Origin: Oculina patagonica
Lineage: Eukaryota
NCBI RefSeq assembly: GCF_052425735.1
Contig: NC_135770.1
Span: forward strand, 682,001 to 746,000
DNA length: 64,000 nucleotides
Direction of reading: 5' to 3'
A program made the position numbers and the translations under genes. The notes below the pieces were generated by a model. That model saw nothing but the letters and a program-made list of their open reading frames with translations, did no database searches and had not been told where the DNA came from. Numbering within the stretch: the stretch's first letter is position 1; each line of letters starts with the position of its first letter. This document shows, piece by piece, positions 48,058-62,335 of the stretch.

Positions 48058-48334
48058 GGGTGTTACCTTTTCTTACAAAACAATTCTTTCTTCTTTCTTG
48101 CTTTTTGTGTGTTCCCGACAAACATTAATCAAAAGTACTAAACCTTGCCATGCTTTTAAAGCTAGTGAAATATTGAAAGATTTAATTGTTTCTCTGCATT
48201 GTGAAAAGCATTTTTGGCAAATTAAAGGGTGTTACCTTTTTTAACAAAACAATACTTTCTTCGTTTCTGCGACTGCATTCGCTTTAGTCAAAAGTTCTAA
48301 ACATTGACATGCTTTTAAAGCTTATGAAAAATAG
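48058..48334 (+). repeat. ~170-bp diverged tandem duplication
   Basis: gggtgttaccttt...caaaacaat...catgcttttaaagct at 48058 and 48227. Confidence 0.75.
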
Positions 48335-51300
48335 TGCATTAATGGAAACAATCTTGGTTTTCACAGCAAATTTTGATTTCATCTTGTTCTAGTGAAAAAA
48401 CCCCTGTCCATGGCCACTACCTATGCATTAGAAATGAACTGATGCAAGATTCGCTGTAAAGTGCATTTATGCAAACACCAATTTGAACTTCTAACATAAT
48501 TTCCGCCTCTTCAGTTCGCGTGCATGGCACTTCCAAGAAAGTACAATCCAGTGTCGGTTTCATTAAGCGTGTACGTGATCGTGCGTGATCACGCTTTCCA
48601 TTTTGGCAGCAATACCAACAAGACACGTTAAATTTCAAAACGGCTTTGCTGCAAAACGCTGCGACAAACACTAAACCTGTCATGGGAATGCAAAGATTGC
48701 TTCAAAAAGATTTATTTTTTGGTTTTCAAGGCACCCCAGGGACAATGTGTTGCATATTGTCCACGAAGAAGGATCATGGCATATGCATCAATGTGCGAAT
48801 CAGTGTTTTCGTTTGCATAAAGTAGTTTTTTTTTTCCGAAACGTCAATACTTTTTCTTTATCAGTATTACCATTGATCACTCAGACACTTTACTTTGATC
48901 TTTTCCTGTTCCGAAAGCCAGAAATCTAATTTCACATCCTTTTGCCTCTGGTTGTCTTCTGGTCCAAAATCAACTCAAAATTCCACATCGGATAAATTAA
49001 ATGATCCCTAGCCATAAAACGTACCCAGAACGATCACAAAAAACGCCAATGAACGGGTAAAATGTGTTTTCTTTTCGATTCCTCACTAAATTTGAGCGAC
49101 AACGAGAAAGAACGGTTATGAGCCGCCATCGCTGTGTTTTGCTATTAAAGATAGCGATTAATTATCATTACCAAAGTAAGCCGATGTAAAATATCCTGAC
49201 CTTTTTGGGTCTGCTAGGGTTTGGGGTTATACTTCACATGGGTACATAAATAAATATCCATACCTTTACAGTGAAAGTTACTCGTTGATTCCGGTTGTAT
49301 GTGAATGTTATTAGGCGCTGCTTGCAATGTTGCGCGGTCTACTATTATGCCGCTTTCAAAAAGTAATTTAACGTCACTTTGTCGACGACACCTGCCCTGA
49401 TCGCCCGTTTTAATAGATGCAAGGGCAGATATTTATTCTGATAAGAATGAATAAATTGTTTGTTTTCCGTGATGTCAACAACTGAATGAGATCTGTTATC
49501 AAACCACCAGGGAAAGCATCGAGCATTTTCGGAGTAGTGCGTCCCGCATTGACGAACCCTACCAGAAAACGCGATTCATATTAAGGAATCTTCAAGGATT
49601 TCCCTCCACGAGCCCAGAGTCTTTTGTTACGCGACTGATGGCGTGCAGTTACTTCAATGGCAAATTCATTGAGATCATGTAGAGTTATCTCCGTATTTAA
49701 TGAATATTTTAAGAGTTCAAACGACATTATTACTCAAACACCGTTTTCTATTTCTGTTTTTGAAACAAGCGGCAAAATGAAACTTATTGGCGGTTTACCA
49801 GAAAGATCGCTTGTCTGACGATATCCAGAAACTCATCCAAGAAACATTATCTATATATCATTTACTTTCAAAAGCGGAGGAAATAGTCAATTTTCGCTAC
49901 ATTTTATGGCCGGAAAACCATTTAGGATTCGCGTGGTAGGACGCACTTTAATTTTAGACACTATTCGACGAAGGCAAATTTTTAAACCGTCAACTACGCA
50001 TGTAATTAAGAACTTGCATACGGAAAGTACATATCACCCCTTGATTTTTTTTATATGATTCTAAAAACTGAAGTATTGGTTAAAACATTTCTCGTTTTAC
50101 ACATATTTAAAAACGCGTAATTTTCGACAGAAAGTGTGCTTTCTTATTCTGTATACACAAAAGCAATGTTTTCAATATTGATTTTATTTTGATAAACAAA
50201 AACCCTTTTAAGAGCCCGAGGGATTTTTGTTTTACCATATCTTTGTATAAAATAAATCCCTGTCACCAGTAGTAAGATTCCTCAGTGTTATTTGACGTAT
50301 GAAGTAAAATTTGAGGCTATTTGAATAATCCGAGTAAAATGTGTAGTTTAAAGAGTGACCTCTTCATACTGTGGTCAGTCCTCACAAGTAAACCTTAAAT
50401 CAATATTTAAGTCTGCTAAAAGATCGTTTTGTCGAAAGTACATGAAAATTATACTCAATTATGCCTCACATTTTTCAGTTTTACTAATGCGAAGTAAAAT
50501 TCTTTGATAGTGGTATCGGCGTGGTTAGTGATACATAATGAGAAAGAACAATTTACTAAAAATTGTGTGCAGGTGAATTTTTGTTCTCAATGAGTTAATT
50601 TAAAATGAGGAAAAATCCCCACAAAATATGGAACTTGTTTATATTCCCGCGTATTGCATCCACTTTTTTCCCCCGAGGATAAAATTTAGCAAAATACCTC
50701 CTTTTAGAGAAAGTCTCTTCTTGGGCGTGCAGTAAAAAAAGTTAATTGGGAGAACCTCTTGTAGTGCGCCTTTGAATTGCTTCTTTAAATAATTAAAGTT
50801 TGTACCTTCGTGATTCGTTGAGTGTTCGCCTGAGTATAGTATTTTGAAAAAAGTAACACAATAATAACTGAGAGCTCACTTACATATCAGATGTAAGTAA
50901 AGAAAGTTGTCGGTTTCTTTTTGTTATGTCTTTGGTATACTTAAAGTAGAAAACGTTCATAAGTTATTCAAGGACACGAATTTGATTTTTCTTAAGCTTT
51001 TTTATTCATAAGGTGAAACCTTTCTCAGGCGTTTTTGAAAAATCCCTGTAAATATTTATAAGCCGAACAAATCTTTGTTACCTTAAATATTTGATACATT
51101 AGTGTTGCATACAACTCGCAAATATTATAACCGATGACTTTCAAAAGCATCAAAATATCTTTTGCATCCTGAACAGTCGAAAGAGGCGAATCAATATGAA
51201 GAAGGGGATCATGACTGGTATCAGTTTCTACCAAGACGATTTTTTCTCTTCTCAGGCATTGATACTGTTTCGTTATGATAAAGGTTTTTTTCTTTCTGTT

Positions 51301-54300
51301 TTTGTTTCTTTGCCGTACAATTAGCTTCTGATGCTTTTTGGCGTTAATGAATGGTATGGAGAAAGTGACATTAAAACAACGACGTTTGCTTTTGTTGTTT
51401 TGCTGTTATTGTTAAGGTGTTTATCTGTAAGCACTTTGTGAACGGAAGTTTAAATTTTGAGGCTGCCCTTCAGGCAAGCTAGCAATGAGATTCTCACAGC
51501 CAAAAAAAAATAGGTTCACAAGAAAATAAGCACATTTTGCTGTGTAAGTTTGCTGTGTAAAAGTAAATTAAGTTATAAAATGTTACTTTCCGTTGGGCTT
51601 AAATATACCACGTCACGTGACTAGCCTCGGGCTTTTGGTTGCAAAATAAATAGCATCCTTTTTCAATTGGTGACTCTTTCACTTTCTGTTTTCTTTCTTA
51701 TTTAAATCCAAGTTTTATTTCATTTAGCGCAGTTGCAAATCGGCTTCAGCATTTCTAATATCCATGTATGCTGTACTGAATAAAACGCTTAACAATGCAG
51801 TCAATGCGTTCAGAATTACTTTCGGTCGCTTCGAAAAGTCTTGGTTTTTGAACAACAAGTTTTGCGTATTTTGGTCATATTTTTAAGATTTCTTTTGCGG
51901 GGGATAAAATGGGTTTCGGTCTATTCTAGATTTTGGTTTTTCACTGAGGTGTCTTACCTTATTTTAATGAATTTATGTTATAAGTTCGATGGGAAATTTT
52001 TTACCTTGAAAAACTGATATTTAAAGTATTTTGCATTTTAATGTATTTTTACGAATATAGGGGTTTTCAGCTTTAGTTACTATATGCTCTTATCAACTGC
52101 TTGACTTCACACAGTGTATTACTAGTTTTTGTAGTTTCTTTATTGAGTTTAATTATTTGGCGCTATACATGTTTTGTTGGAAATCAGCTGTGTTTCTTTG
52201 TTTAATCAGTTGTTTGAATGCCCGAGAAATTTTTAATCAAAACAACTTCAGTAGGTATCTCCATATAACACGGCATTACCAACAACATAAATTAAGAAGT
52301 GCAGTTAAAATCGAGCAATTAATAGAGCTTTTCGTCTTCTTGCTGGATCAGGCTTTAAAATTGTCAGTTATTATATGTATTCACTTTATTTTACCCAAGT
52401 TTGCCACAGAATTCTGCAATATTATGTTATTCCAAATAACTAACTTAAAATTCATTTATAATAACTCTGTAATCAATAAACGGTTTATGTCGTCTTCCCT
52501 GTCTTGGTATATAAACTGGAATTTAACTTCACAGTTTGTTTATTGGAATATCGACTTCTTTTGCCTTAGTTTTAGTTCACTATTGAGAAATCTGCAATAA
52601 TTTTTTCAATTGAAATCAGATACATAAGTTTTAAAGTCGAATCGTGATATTATTTTTTATGGTTTTCCTTTACTGAAGAAATGACTTTCTTCCTGTCTTT
52701 TTGCATTATTTTATTTTAAAAGTAATTATTCTAAAAATGTTTGGCCATTGTGTTACTTACTTTTCTGGTTGCTTAAAACGTAGTGTTGTTTCCCTGCACG
52801 TTAAGGGCCAGCATGTAACAGAGTTGCAGTTCTCACGATCAAAGTCAGCGCTCTTATTAGTTATGCTATGTTTACGGAGCCTTTTATACTGTACAAATAT
52901 ATGTAAATTGAATAGGCGTTGATTAAAATCATAGTGTTTTCAAACAATCTGATTATAGGATAACGGATCTGTAATATATAACTGTATTATAGCTTATGGC
53001 ATGCTGTGACGCACACCTTAAGCTACCTTAGGTGTTCTGACGTAATCTGATTGGCTTATTTCTGGTTTGTACGGTTTTAAATTGGACTTAGCTCCCTAAG
53101 TCGATTTTAATTGTTGGATAAAAAGCTTGAAAGCTATATCCAGAACATTCAGACATTTTCTTTTTCTAGACCAGTTAAAGAATAGAACGAGCCATCGTAT
53201 TGCTATAATGCCAATTATTTCGAAATGCTTATTTTCCGATGGAAAATAACTTACTTGGTGCGATGTAAATTTGAAATAAAGTAGCATTTTCGTATCCTTT
53301 TCGTTGCAAAAATTCTTTTTGGATTACAGAAAGGTATATTTAATAAAAGCAGGCAGTGAAATGCGTTTGCTATTTGCCGGTTCCCTCTTTGTCCTTGTCT
53401 CTTGTTAAACGAACTAAAAATACTGTAAATGCAGACAGTCATTATTTGCTCGCAAATTAAATTAAAGGGAACGACGAAAATAATTGCTTTGTGTACGGAT
53501 GTCTCGATCTTTACATGGTCGATTTGCATTTCAGTGTTTGTGTGATTGTAATTTTGTTTCCATTAGCAGAACGTTTTCCAATTTTAAAGCTCAAAATATA
53601 GAGCTTTCTTTTCTTCGCCTTATTGAGATATAATTATAACAATAATTATTATGAAAAACAACAAAAAACAAAACAGAAAAACAAATAAAAACACAAAACT
53701 CTTTCATGAGAAACATTCTCAAAATCGTGGAGACATTCTTAGAAGAGTCAAGTGTTTTTTCTACTAAGCTCTTAGTTTATACAACTGTTTTGCTAATCAA
53801 CCTTTCAAAGGTAATCTACTTACCGCAAGGATAAAGTATATTCGAGAACCTCCAGTCTTTGTCGCTAGCCTTATTACATTACAAGATATGTTTATTCAAA
53901 GCACGGCTCTGGATAGCAAGTCACCACTAACATTAAAATGTTGGACACCTGCTTAATTCGCCACCTTTTTGAATACAACCAATGACGCTAAACATTGAGC
54001 TCAAATATGCATTTCTTTAAAAATAATTACTGGCTAGATTTTGCGAGAAATTATTTTTTTAGATCATATTAAAGAAGGCCTTTATACTCCATGCATGAGA
54101 AGCGGAACGTTTCACAATTTCCAAGATAACCCTGGGCCTGAAAAGTGCCCTAATTAATACATAACTGTACTTACAGCTGGACGTAAATTGCAAACCAAGG
54201 ATTCCCGCCCACGATGCTATCAATGGTGAACACCTACGCCATTAAAAATACTTTGTCTTGATGCGTTATGATTACTGGCCTGACGTTTATCTCGTTATCT

Positions 54301-54324
54301 TAAGGTCTTAAGGTCGTTCTTAGT

Positions 54325-54980
54325 ATTGCATTGCGCATTCTTACTGCGCATTATTTCACGCGTGATAAGTTGGCCCACATCAAAACTGGCGGCTTTTTCT
54401 TTATGCGTCAGAGAGGTAAATTGTCATTTTCTGTTAAGGTCATTGCCCTGTATTACATTGCGCATCCTTACTGCACAGAATTTTACGCGTAATTAGCGCG
54501 CGCACATAAACAAAATGGCCGCTTTTTTCTATGCGGTTTAGTCCGCGAGAGAAGTAAATTGTCGCTTTCTCGTAAACGAGTCTGGTGACCTATCAATTTT
54601 TTCTCATATTTTGGGTGTAGCGATCAAATTCTTTCTGTAAAATGAAAACAGATTAATTCTTGTGTTTGAAAAATAAATTATCGCTAAAAACGTGTAATAA
54701 ACCAGTGGCGGAGTTTGGTTAAAAATCTATGTTCAGTTCTATTTCAGGGTAATGACCTTAAACGAGTATGCCGGGTAACCCATCACCATTTTTTTCTGGT
54801 TTGAATTGAGCAATACTTTTCCTTCTGTAAAATAAACGTAGACTGATTCTCAGTGTAGAATAAAGGACAACCGTAAGAGACGTAAATTAAGCAAGCAATC
54901 TTGACTGTTTCGGGTGATATTATAAGGGATTGCATATATACAAGGTGCTGCTCCTCCTAAACGAGTGTAGGGATCCCCCA
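54325..54980. repeat. Internally repetitive interspersed repeat
   Basis: ttgcgcat(t/c)ctta ctgc and aaacgag...gtgacc...tttttt units repeated; 54920-54980 similar to 37587-37651. Confidence 0.55.
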
Positions 54981-57900
54981 TACGAAGTGTAGATTCCTAA
55001 ACAACCAATAGGCATAGTTTGGTAAAGATCTCATTGCAGGTTCTAATTCATTCAGAGGAATGACCTTAAGATCAATTTTGATGCGAGTTGATACGAGTTT
55101 GCAATGATAACTGATTACCCGTGATGCAACCATTATGCACACATTATTAGGCGAAGGCCCATTGGTTGATAAGTTGATCCAATAGCTCTCATGCAAAGAC
55201 GGTTTATGTTTGGTGTGATTGTTGTGCAAATTGCTTCGCAAATGAAAAAAAAAATCACACCTGTGCAACCTAGACTCTTTAGCACAATATTCCTTGTGCT
55301 CTGTTTTGTTGCCTCATCAGAGACACAAATAACCTCTTTGCGTACCACGTTTTCATGCGAGTTACAAACTTCGTATTCGTGTAGTAAGTTTTAGGAATAC
55401 ATAATCATAAGTTGAAATCAGGGCTCTATCTTTGGACTTTCTCTTTGCTGCTCGCCTTTGTTCGAGAGGAAAAGGTACTTTTTAGCATATCAAAGACTGT
55501 CTCTAGGTTGAGCATTAAGTGTAATCTTAACTCTTTAACAATTTCACTCACCAAAAGGGACTCCTGATCATATAGCATGCTAGAGTTTGTCTCGATTTGC
55601 GGCAGTTGTGAAATTGTAGAAACTAATGAAAAACGCGTCACATTTGCGCGACGATTTCATTCAGATCTTAGCAAAATGCAAATTTTCTTGCCTGAAGTCT
55701 GAATAAAATTTTGCTAACTGTTTGCTTTGAGTTGCCTTTTCATTTAATCTACGGGAGTGGTCTTCTCAAGTTATATTTATATTAATTTTATACTTTACGT
55801 GATGGCCGTCAACTTGAATAACCTTTAATCTGTAGAATTATCATCTGAGTTACTGTACTCACCGAAAAGTGAAATGCTTGCCCTGACGATGACTAGATAT
55901 ATCTACATCTTTGTTTTTTCTTTGAAATGATCGTGAGAAACAGTACGTACAATGTTGCTAGCGCCGTTCAATTAACCACGCAAACTTAATGTAGATATAT
56001 TTCCTCTCATAGAGAGCAGTCTTTAATTTCTGGATCCGTGTTTGTTCCGGGCAGATGTAGGGATAATCACGCACAACAAAAGGCAAAACGTTATTCATTT
56101 CCGTATTGTATTTCACTTGTATAAATAATTTGGACAACACTCATTATCGGCCAAGGAAAATTGATGGTGGAAACAAAGATTCGGCGGTGTCAAATCTGAC
56201 GGCTTTTAAAGCCACCAAATTAGAATTTCAATAAGGGAAGATGTGTGCTTCTTTCTGAAGTGGTACTTGTTCTAGAAAGTACAGTACGTATTGTTCAAAA
56301 TGATCTTAGCTTTACGCCTCTTTTCGGCTATTCAAATTCTAGAATTTCTGAAGCGACGAATTTCTGCTGAATAGACAATCGTTGTTTGCTAAAACGTAAA
56401 AGTCTTTCTTTGTCGCGGTTGAATGTTTTTGGAAAGTGTTCCAATTTATATATCTAGAAAATTCAAAATGCCGAATTAATCAGTAATTCGCGAGCCAGCC
56501 TATTACCCTATAAGTCTTTTACCTAACTATTGATAAATGTTCAATTGCTATCATATGCAGCACGAACTGGCTATACGGTATATATAAAACCGTGAATATT
56601 CGAAAAAGACTTTTAAGAACTAAGGTGAAGCTAGGTTTTAGTTTTTTAGTAAATGTTTTTTTTATTTAAATGGTCGATACAACAGCGACACTGTTGAAAT
56701 ATTCAAAACCGAAACAACTTTTTTGAGCATGTTTTGAAGGTACATCCATCATCGTCAGTGTAAAGGTCATGAAAACAGTTGTTGAATTATAAATCGCGCG
56801 AGTTGCAATGCACACGTGACACGAGTTGCGGTAATACTACGATGCATAATTTTATTTTCCTTTTCATATGCTTTAATACGGCGAAAAATAATTCTTCACT
56901 CTTTTGCGAAACATGTAAAGTCTACGTTCCTTAAAATTTAATTAGTAAAATTGAAGTGTATTTTTATTTGTGTATTTTTACTGCCCTCTTTAATTTGGAA
57001 AACGTAATAGTTAATCAATTCTTTTATTTTATATATTATCATTCGACAACTGTTAAACAAGTACATCCGGGAGCTCTTATCCGTACTTTGATGACTGTTT
57101 TGCATAAAACCACTGTTTTTATCGTTTTTTATCGTTTTCTACGAAAACTGCATGAATAAGTAATAATAAGTAAGAAAGTGCATCTGTATAAAACAAACCG
57201 CATTGTCTCATTTTTCGCGTCTCGTGTTAAAGTTGTTTTTAGTTATTTTAACTTTACAAGGCCGTTATTGATTCTTTTTCGACCAGTTGAGGGAGATGGA
57301 GTAACCAACTTTTAGGAGTTGTTGTTCGTCGGTTTTTGCAAATGTGTCAACAGTTCCTTAAGTTGACAAATAGTGGTTTGAATTTCTAATTTACTGTTAT
57401 AAAAAAAGACATTTTTTCTAAATATAACTCTGCATAAGAATCGGATGCCAACATTTCAATAAAACGTGACTTCTATTAACTATTCACAGTATGCACGTGT
57501 AAACTTAAATTTGACTCGGTCTTGCGGTGAAATTAATATAAAGAAACCTGAAAACGCTCTAAGGACTTCTGTGCAAACCATTTTCCTTCTGATTTCGCCA
57601 GTGAAACTTTTTTAGCGTCTTTAATGTATTGACCGTGAGTATGTCAGAAATTCAATTCGTTGGAAATTGTTTCACATCGCACTTTTGCAATGACACTGTA
57701 TTCGCAAAGCACTGCCGGCCATTTTTTTTGCCTTCGTGGATGAAATAGCTTTTTATTCTTCTTAAAATGAATCCTTCAAATGTTCTTATTTAAGAGTGAT
57801 ATATTTTTCATTTCAGCTTAAACTAGAAATGAGGGAGATTGCCATTGTTTTGGAAAATAATGTTTTTGTTTGTTTATTTGTTTGTTCTTTTTTTTTTTTG

Positions 57901-60900
57901 AAACACAACGCCGCCGCTCGGAGGTCATTTTAATGAAATTTCTGCTTAATAAAAATCTGCAATCGTTTTTCTGGAAAATTCAATAAAAAAGTTATTGGAA
58001 CAAAGCCTTTAGTATTAGTATGTAATACCAACATTTACTTGGCACGCGACAGAACTCTGAGTCAACTGTTACTGTAAAGCTTATTGCTTTGTGTCGTTGG
58101 CTAGCTTTCAAGACGACGTATGGCATTTTCATTACTTACTTGTTGTGAAGGACTATTAAAGAAATAATTTTTTTTTGAAGGACACTGTTTACCAACGAGT
58201 TGAACAATTTCCTTGATTAAATTGGGACTAGTTTGGTCATTGAGCAAGTTCCAGTTCAGTCAATTCCGAGAATACGAAAATCGACTAGGCCTTGCTGATT
58301 TATGTGCGACACACTTGACAGTACCACTTTACCTGTTTGCAATAAATCTCGTAGTTTTGGCAATGACACCGTAAAAACGTACAAAAAGGCTTTTCTTTTT
58401 TACTTTCTTCGTTGGACACTTCAAGGTGATTTAATGGCTTCATTTATTTCATGCACAAGTCATTTTATTGCATACAATGTTCGTGAAAAAAATTAAATCG
58501 GCTTCAAAGAAAAATAAGAAAACAATCAGCAAGAGACCCAATTTTAATGTATCACGTTTGTCTGTGCAACCTTTCAAGTATCAACTCACCAGAAAAGCTG
58601 ACTGAAAAAAAATAATAATATCGAAAGGCAATATTATGCCTGGCTTTCTGGTGAATTTACTTAAGACATTTATAGTTTGAAGTTCCGTAATGTGGGCATT
58701 CATTAAATCGATCTCAATATTTTCAGTTTATCAGGTTCACGAAGCCTGTTTGGGTTCACCGAAAGTTCCATATCATCTGGGTGAAAAGAAAATACGCGCT
58801 TTATAAAATTGTAAAAGAGTGGCTTTATACACACTTACATACACCTTGGCAATAAATGGGTTCCGCTTTTATCTGTACATTGAGGCTGAAGGAAGTGTTA
58901 ATTTGGCGATTCAAAGTTGTCTTTTTGAGCCAGCCACCTGTTCCTACTGCAGTTGTGCAGTTTGCTATTTTGGCAAAGTCGTTTCTTGCCTTCAAAAATA
59001 TATTGTTATATACAAATATTCTGTGATCGATGGACTTAAATGTGACTATTTGACTCGTGTACAATTATACCTTCTTATATATACGAATCTTAGAAAGGTT
59101 ACAGGAAAATACTTATTTTTGATGACGATTTTCCGTAGTGGAACTTAACTTGTCAATACTTAATTTCATCTTCTTTTCCAACAGAATGTCGGGAATAAAC
59201 GTACAGGACTGTTCTTGACAATACATTGCCGCAGGATGCCTTACCTGTCATGTTGTTAGCAAGCTCGTAGATATATTTTCCCTTAGGTTAACGGGTTTTA
59301 ATACCATATAAGTCATAGATAAGATAATAAGACAAGTTATAAACACAAATTCTTACTTGGCTAAGCTTTTTATAAGATGTCACCTCCATTTATCCTCTCT
59401 CCTCAGGTCTTGAAAGCTGTAAGTTTATAACGGATAAATTTAATATCCCACGCAAAAAGGTTACCCTTCTCCTAGAAAATCGACTATTAATTATCACATT
59501 GTAGATGCTATCTTTCCCATCATGCAAATCGCCATTTTTTTTATATGTTTCAACACCTAGCGGTAGATATTTCTGGAAGATTTCCACAGCGAATAAGTCC
59601 AAATAGAAAATATCAATCTGCGGTAATTAATCAACTTCTACGTTCAGTACTTCAACTTAAAAATTTGTTTTTAACCACAAAAATTCCACACTATATCATA
59701 ACCTTCATTCAGTCCGTGACAAATGTTTAAAACGAAAACAAATGCCCATTCTAAATGACACATTAGTTCGTTTTGAAGTGTTGCAGTTTTCTTGTTAGTT
59801 TAAATTAAACCAGTTTGTTTTCTAGGAGCAAATTTCGATTTCGCGACAAGATGTTATGACGAAAATGGGTAGTTTAAGTGAACCTCGCTAATGTTAATGT
59901 ACACCAGGACTGCAGGCGTTCATTAAGCGATGCTTGAGCTCAGTAGCCACCTGTTCTGACTGCTTGTAATGTGGCGCAACGCGAGTTAATTCCGTGGCAA
60001 AGATACCTAGCTCTAGGGTTGTAAGGAAACATCTCATCACCAGAATAAAGTAAAAGGAAAGTTTTAGGATCGAGAGCTATAGTATGCGAATTTTAGTTGT
60101 ATGTAATACTTGAAAAAATTGTTTGTCATAATTAGAACCAAATAGTAGAACTTTAAATCGGTTAATGCTGTTTTCTTAATGAAAAATAATAAACAAGATT
60201 ATAATGCTATAGACAGAGACTGCATGGGTATCATTTCAGGTTGTTATAGTATTTTTTCACGTTTGGGGTTTTTAAAGAAGAATGTTATGATTGGATGGAC
60301 TGGATGGCCACTTCGTTGCCAGGAATGTAATACACGTAAAACGGTATAATTTCAATTTCGGTCAATACTTGGCTTAGTTAATTGTGACTATAAAATGTCT
60401 ATCTGCTCCCGGCCATCAAACTAACTCTGTTGTCATATGGGTTTACGGGGTTTTTCATCCCCTGTTGATGGAAGAAGCTTCAAGTTTGCGACATTTTCAG
60501 TTATATATTACGTAATAATTGAGTAGATAACAAGGGAACTAGATGCAAACAAACGTCCTTACCTGGTAGCTTTGGCAATTTGTCAGTTTCAGTGAAACTT
60601 TGTCTTCGCGAGTCTCCGCTAGGGTTTTGAAAGCTGCAAGGTTAAACTAACTTAAATTAGCAAGTATCCTTTCATTGATAAATAAAGCAGTTAACATAAA
60701 ACGGAATGAAACGTACATCACGAAAAATTCCGTGCGCCGCTAAATGAATATTACCACTTTGCTCCCTTAAATTAATGCTGGCTCTCACGAATACGTGATC
60801 TATAGTTCTTTCTTTACATGCAAATTATAAATATTTTTCTACAATAGGCGGTTCTATGGTGATTCGTCTGAAGGATTTCCACTATGACACATCAATCCGA

Positions 60901-62049
60901 TATAAAAAAGACAGACACAACAAAAGATGAATTGCGGTAACTCTCCTCCGATATGTAACATATGATACTTAGACCTTGGCATTGAGCGACCGATATTCCT
61001 TATTGAGCACAACTCTCATGGTTCAAGTCCAAGAATTTCAAAATTTAAATGAGAATGCCGAAACAGTGGAATTGTGTTGAACATTTTTTAGTTATTGGGT
61101 ACATCACTTGGAAACGTCATGTTTTTGCGAAGTAAACAAGTTTGATAGATATTTTATCACCAAACACTAACATCTTTTCTATATTGTTTTTATTACTTTA
61201 GTGAAAATAAGTGCACCGCAGATATCAAAGAGACCATAGAATCACCTCATTATGGATTGGAACCAAATTTAGATATATATCGTCATTTATATGAAAACAA
61301 TTCATTTGGCTTGTCTTTGATAAGAGAGAAATTGATAACTATTGAGGCTGCCATAGAAGGTCTCTAGCAGTAAATTGATTTGTTAAGAGAACATAACAAA
61401 ACAACGGGTAAAGGCTAACTAAATGCTAAAACCTTATTACACGAAAGTGTATGCGAGAGTGATAAATGTCTGGCCACGTCTTTAAATATTCTTAAGAAAG
61501 TCATCATTGACCGAAACTCATCTGGGAGTGAACACGACGCTTTTAAACCAGTCAGTACTACTGATTTAAAACCATAGTGTGTGTTGTTGATTAGAGGGGC
61601 GACCAACTTGCCAGGGCCTTTAAGATTCTTTGTATTCGCACAAACGTCAAACTTTTAGCTCACCATATATTTAAATATTAAGGTGTTAAATGTTTATTGC
61701 CTAGGAAATTATGATAAACACCATGAAACTCATTAATAACTCACCAAGGACAAACTAAGGCAACCATGACGGCTGTTTGGAAATCTACATTGATAAATTT
61801 CAATTTTACTTCTCCGTTAGCGTTTACTCGTTAGTTTTAGTAGTTCGATTGATACTCGAGAGAGTTATTCATGGAATTTTCAAATAACAAATTCTTTGTC
61901 GGAGGTAGAATTAAAAAAAAAAAATGGCGGTCAGAAAAGAGAATTAATATTTCCCGTGTAAGTCTAAAAGCGTTGAATTTCGTATTTTCGATTAAACTGT
62001 CGACGTATGGTATGATATGTTAGGAGTAACGTTTGATGTGCCTTTTAAT

Positions 62050-62335
62050 TAAGGTCGGTTGGACTCCGGATCGAAGTGTCTGGGCTTTAGTCCTGGCTGG
62101 AGGCCCTGTGTTATGTTTCTGGGCAAGACACTTTACTCTCACAGTGGGTTTCTCTCTCTACTCAGGGGTAGACTGTAAAGGGTACCATGAGGTTAGCCTG
62201 CGGTGGACTAGCAAGCCATCCGGCAGAGGGAGTAGGCAGTACTCTCTGCCACTTCATGTTACAGAAACCGGAATTAAGCGTCTGCAATGAAGAGCTATCT
62301 GTCTATTCTAGTACTTAATGCTGAGACAGACTTTT
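62050..62335 (+). mobile_element. tRNA-derived SINE with CORE-like domain
   Basis: ttggactccggatcga...ggcaagacactttactctcacagtg...ggactagc...cagactttt. Confidence 0.7.

Noticed and set aside
52157-52600. 147-aa ORF
   Set aside because: Non-ATG start, AT-biased composition, no motifs or convincing splice structure.
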